The notes beneath the pieces were generated by a model. The model ran no database searches, had not been told where the DNA came from, and saw only the letters and a program-made list of their open reading frames with translations. 64,000 nucleotides of DNA from Convolutriloba macropyga (Eukaryota), in assembly GCF_964194025.1 (NCBI RefSeq), contig NC_134468.1, positions 20,336,001 to 20,400,000 of the forward strand, written 5' to 3'. Shown here in pieces: positions 59,701 to 64,000 of this stretch. Both the position numbers and the translations under genes were made by a program. The number at the start of each line of letters is the position of its first letter. The first letter of the stretch is position 1.

Positions 59701-62700
59701 CTTTGGGAAAATTTTCTGCATTGTCTTTAGCCCATTGATTTAGGACAAAGATGGCCATTGAAGGCGAACAAGTTGCCCCAAAAATCAAGCGAGTGAACTG
59801 ATACTGCATTATAAAATTGTTTTTCGACCAGAGAAACCTAAGTTCAGATTGATCTTCTTGTTTGACAGCAATTTGCATGAACATACCTTCAATATCTGCA
59901 AATATTGCAACTGGATGTTCACGAAAACGTAGCAGTATGCCAAGTAAGCTGTTCAAGAGATCTGGTCCTGTTAGGAGGTTGCTGTTCAATGACTGTCCTC
60001 GATACTTTGAAGCAGCATCTGCCACCCGTCGAATTTTTCCCGGTTTGTTTGAGTTTTGAACAGGATGATGAGGAGATATCATATTTTTTCAGGTTCAGGT
60101 TCTGTCATTTCGACTGATTTATGTAATTTTTGATTAAGTCTGTTGAAAGCGTTTGATCGTATTTTTCTTTCAGCGTTGGATTATTACCTAGTATTTTCTC
60201 CAAGCACTTCAGCTGATTAAGAGCACAGTAATAATTGTTCTCCAAAAGGCAAGACGTTTTCCAAGGAAAACCAAATTTATATCGCTCAGAGTTATGTCGG
60301 ATAGTTTTCTGAAAAACTTTTAAGGCATCGTTGTCTTCGTCTGAAAGAACAGAACTGTTTTCTTGGGTTCCTTCACTTTCAACTTTCCAGAACTGCTCAA
60401 CTATTTCGCTTAAATGTTGTTCCTACGTCTGCTGTCTTGAAACATGATAAATGAATGGTTTAGTTGTTGTTGAATGATGATTAATTGTTGATTCTGAAGG
60501 GTGGAGAGAAGTTTCATACTCCTCAGCTAATGTCCATCCCAGTTTTGTTTTCACACCAAACGGTTGATTGATGTTTCCGGGTATTACTTCGATTGGATGA
60601 GTGTAAGCGAAAGTGTTTACACCTAGCAGGGCTCCAATTTTGCCACCAGCAACCTGAGGGAAATGTATGTGGCGGAGATTATTAAATGTGTCACATAATT
60701 GATTCAACTCAAAAATATTGGCTGGTGTGACGTTCATTGCTGGCGTGCTGTATGCACGATATATTTCAAAGCTTTGTCTCAATGATTTATATGGAGTGAT
60801 AATGACTGTTGCTGTTATCTCTGAGAGTGGCATTTCGTTCTGGGTATTCACGTATTGGAGTGTAGTTGATGTTTGCGGTTCGCAAGGAAGTGCTAGAAAG
60901 TTTGTTATGGTGTCAAGCAAGAAAGTGAACTGGCTGCCATGATCTTTGAGTGCATACGTATCAAATGACTTGTTGCCATTGACAAAAGACACCGGCATCA
61001 GCTGTAGTTGTTCAAGCCAGCCTCTCGGAGGAGACGGCTTTTTATTTACGCAGAAGTTTTGATTATTTGAAGAAGAATCGAGGGTACTTCAGAGTATTTG
61101 ACTCTTTCGTTTTACCATAGATTGTCCATAGCGAGTGTTGTTGTTTGTTTTGGCGTGGTGACATTTCATTTGATGAATGCTGTGTAGGACCAAATGGAGC
61201 AGACCCTGCGGAGAATGCTGCTGGCGGTCGTTTCACTTGCATGAACATACTTTCAATATCTGCAAGTATTGCAACTGGATGTTCATGAAAACGTAGCAGT
61301 ATGCCAAGTAAGCTGTTCAAGAGATCTGGTCCTGTTAGAAGGTTGCTGTTCAATGACTGTCCTCGATACTTTGAAGCGGCATTTGCCACCCGTCGAATTT
61401 TTCCCGGTTTGTTTGGATTTTGAACAGGATGATGAGGCAGGTACCATTTTTTTCAGGTTCAGGTTCTGTGATTTCGACTGGTTTTATGTAATTTTTGATT
61501 AAGTCTGTTGAAAGCGTTCGATCGTATTTTTCTTTCAGCGTTGGATTATTACCTAGTCTTTTCTCCAAGCACTTCAGCTGATTAAGAGCACAGTAATAAT
61601 TGTTCTCCAAAAGGCAAGACGTTTTCCAAGGAAAACCAAATTTATATCGCTCAGAGTTATGTCGGATAGTTTTCTGAAAAACTTTTAAGGCATCGTTGTC
61701 TTCGTCTGAAAGAACAGAACTGTTTTCTTGGGTTCCTTCACTTTCAACTTTCCAGAACTGCTCAACTATTTCGCTTAAATTTTGTTCCTACGTCTGCTGT
61801 CTTGAAACATGATAAATGAATGGTTTAGTTGTTGTTGAATGATGATTAATTGTTGATTCTGAAGGGTGGAGAGAAGTTTCATACTCCTCAGCTAATGTCC
61901 ATCCCAGTTTTGTTTTCACACCAAACGGTTGATTGATGTTTCCGGGTATTACTTCGATTGGATGAGTGTAAGCGAAAGTGTTTACACCTAGCAGGGCTCC
62001 AATTTTGCCACCAGCAACCTGAGGGAAATGTATGTGGCGGAGATTATTAAATGTGTCACATAATTGATTCAACTCAAAAATATTGGCTGGTGTGACGTTC
62101 ATTGCTGGCGTGCTGTATGCACGAGATATCTCAAAGCTTTGTCTCAATGATTTATATGGAGTTATAATGACTGGCGCTGTTATCTTTGAGAGTGGCATTT
62201 TGTTCTGGGCATTCACGTATTGGAGTGTAGTTGATGTTTGCGGTTCGCAAGGAAGTGCTAGAAAGTTTGTTATGGTGTCAAGCAAGAAAGTGAACTGGCT
62301 GCCATGATCTTTGAGTGCATACGTATCAAATGACTTGTTGCCATTGACAAAAGACACCGGCATCAGCTGTAGTTGTTCAAGCCAGCCTCTCGGAGGAGAC
62401 GGCTTTTTATTTACGCAGAAGTTTTGATTATTTGAAGAAGAATCGAGGGTACTTCAGAGTATTTGACTCTTTCATTTTACCAAAAGATTGTCCATAGCAA
62501 CAGTGTTGTTGTATGTTTTGGCTTGGTGACATTTCATTTGATGAATGCTGTGTAGGACTAAATGGAGCAGACCCTGCGGAGAATGCTGATGGCGGTCGTT
62601 TCACTTGTTTTGAAGGGTCCTGTAGAGTAGAATGATGTCGGCCGTTGCAGGACTGGCAGTTCTTTTGTGAAGAACAATTTTGTCTGAGGTGATTATTGCT

Positions 62701-64000
62701 CAAACAATTCGTGCACAATTTGTTTTTGATAACGATTTTATATCGATCTTGTGGTGATTGCTTTTGGTAGTCGGGACAAGTTGCCAAAAAATCTTTATTA
62801 TTGCAATGGGGGCAATGTCGGTTGTTTTGCAGTTTTCCGTTAGCTTTCGCGTTGTTTGAGATAGTTACCGAGGATGACCACTCCCTATTAGAAGTGGTAA
62901 TTTGTGTTTTAATTGCAGGCTGCAAAACAGCGTTGAAATTGTCTTTGCCAAATAAGTTTTAGTTATTTATTTGTGATGACGGTTTATAGTGAGCCATCGG
63001 AACACTAAAGTCTTTGACGTAGTCTACGTTGTTTTGTTGTTGTCTAAATGACGTAAAGGTTTGCTCGCGATTGGTGGTATCGTAAATTTGAGCATGAAGT
63101 TCTAAGAACTGTTGCAAGGAACAAAGTGAAGCTGGTTCAGCTGTTGTTGTGAGCCTATGTTCCGTTCATTTTAACAAAATATTGTAAGGCACTTTTTCTT
63201 TCGCTTTTTTGAGCAATGTGGAACTCTGAAGGTCTGCCTGGAAGCCAAGGTATTCAAATGTTTGAAGTTAGCGCTTCAGAAAATTTGAGAATGCGACAAA
63301 TGATTTTTTATTATTCGAATCAGTGGCGTGCCATGACTCGAGTTGATTTATAAAGGCGCTCACTACAACACTTGGGTCTCCAAAATGGTTCATCAGTTCA
63401 TTTAGAGCTGTTTCATAATACGCTGGGTTACAGGAGTACGACTCAATGATTTGCTTTGCTTTTCCAGACACTGAGTTTTGGAGATATGTGATCCGATGTG
63501 TGTCAGGTATACCAGTATTATTATGAACCATAGAAAACAAATTGTTAATCCATTCATGGTATCGCAGGGGGTTGCCATTGAAGTGCGGCAGTGAGAGTGT
63601 TGGTAGTTTGATGGCTTGCTTGTTACTTACAACGTTGTTGGCAATGTAGTTTTTGCCTAGGTTTTCTGGAACTGGTGGTGGCAGACTTTGCGGTAATTAA
63701 GCAAAATGCGAAGATTTTGGGTTGCTGTTATCATTAAACATTGCAACTGTTGGACCAGGCGATTGGGAAATTATATTTTGGCAGTTATTGCTGTTGTTAT
63801 AAATTGTTGTGGCAGGGGGTCTGTGGTTCAATTGTATAGGATCTGTGTACTTTTTGTCTGAATTTGGTAGACATATCAACTGGTTCACTGATGCAGAATT
63901 ACAGTCATTCATTGTTTTTGTCCTGTACGGTTGTACAAAATGACTTGGTTCGATGTTATTCTCAATCTCATTGCGAACAAAGTGGTTGCCGAGGAGCTGT
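56782..64000 (-). mobile_element. Decayed BEL/Pao LTR retrotransposon (gag-PR-RT-RNaseH-IN), 5' part runs out of window
   Basis: DUF1759-type gag (63268-63540), three Zn knuckles (62428-62925), protease ALKDHGS, RT ([26 protein letters not shown]), Pao RNaseH (FVDAS, VPKLEL, WTDS, NPADHGTR), integrase (SDNG, PHFGGAWER, LNSRPL) with C-terminal DGSVRVV ending at 57192; probable 3' LTR starting TGTTGATG at 57070 (outer edge approximate); many stops and frameshifts. Confidence 0.93.
59873..62607 (-). repeat. ~1.37-kb tandem duplication within BEL/Pao (59873-61239 and 61237-62607)
   Basis: Two near-identical protease ORFs offset by 1365; junction cacTTGcatg with 3-bp microhomology. Confidence 0.9.

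Noticed and set aside
57259-62307. + strand ORFs over the BEL/Pao element
   Set aside because: Antisense shadows of pol.

Overview
AT-rich, intron-containing animal genomic DNA (a ciliated invertebrate; an acoel-like origin is only a guess) with three N gaps. Spliced genes reconstructed by hand with phase-consistent junctions: (1) a + strand Cys-loop ligand-gated cation channel (nAChR-like, non-alpha, aromatic ligand box largely lost, one obligatory GC-AG intron), 6 exons at 2325-13553 with the N-terminus not found; (2) a complete 4-exon, 275-aa SPACA9/C9orf9-like ciliary microtubule-inner-protein gene (31699-37290, +); (3) a head-to-head, partly resolved unknown gene on - (17308-26838); (4) a Shisa-like/TMEM92-VOPP1-type single-pass protein on - (48306-49277, 5' exon missing). 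The rest is a dense transposon landscape: an internally deleted Ty3/Gypsy element with a 5-bp TSD, a decayed BEL/Pao element with a ~1.37-kb internal tandem duplication, nine CCC...GGG CMC/EnSpm-like MITEs (seven with 2-bp TSDs) carrying mostly element-specific subterminal repeats (three hold a central tRNA-like A/B box), Helentron-type HINEs (one with a 4x ~530-bp internal array), and two near-identical Merlin-like MITEs with 8-bp TSDs. No CRISPR, rRNA or intact tRNA was found. All homology calls come from recalled family motifs, not database searches.
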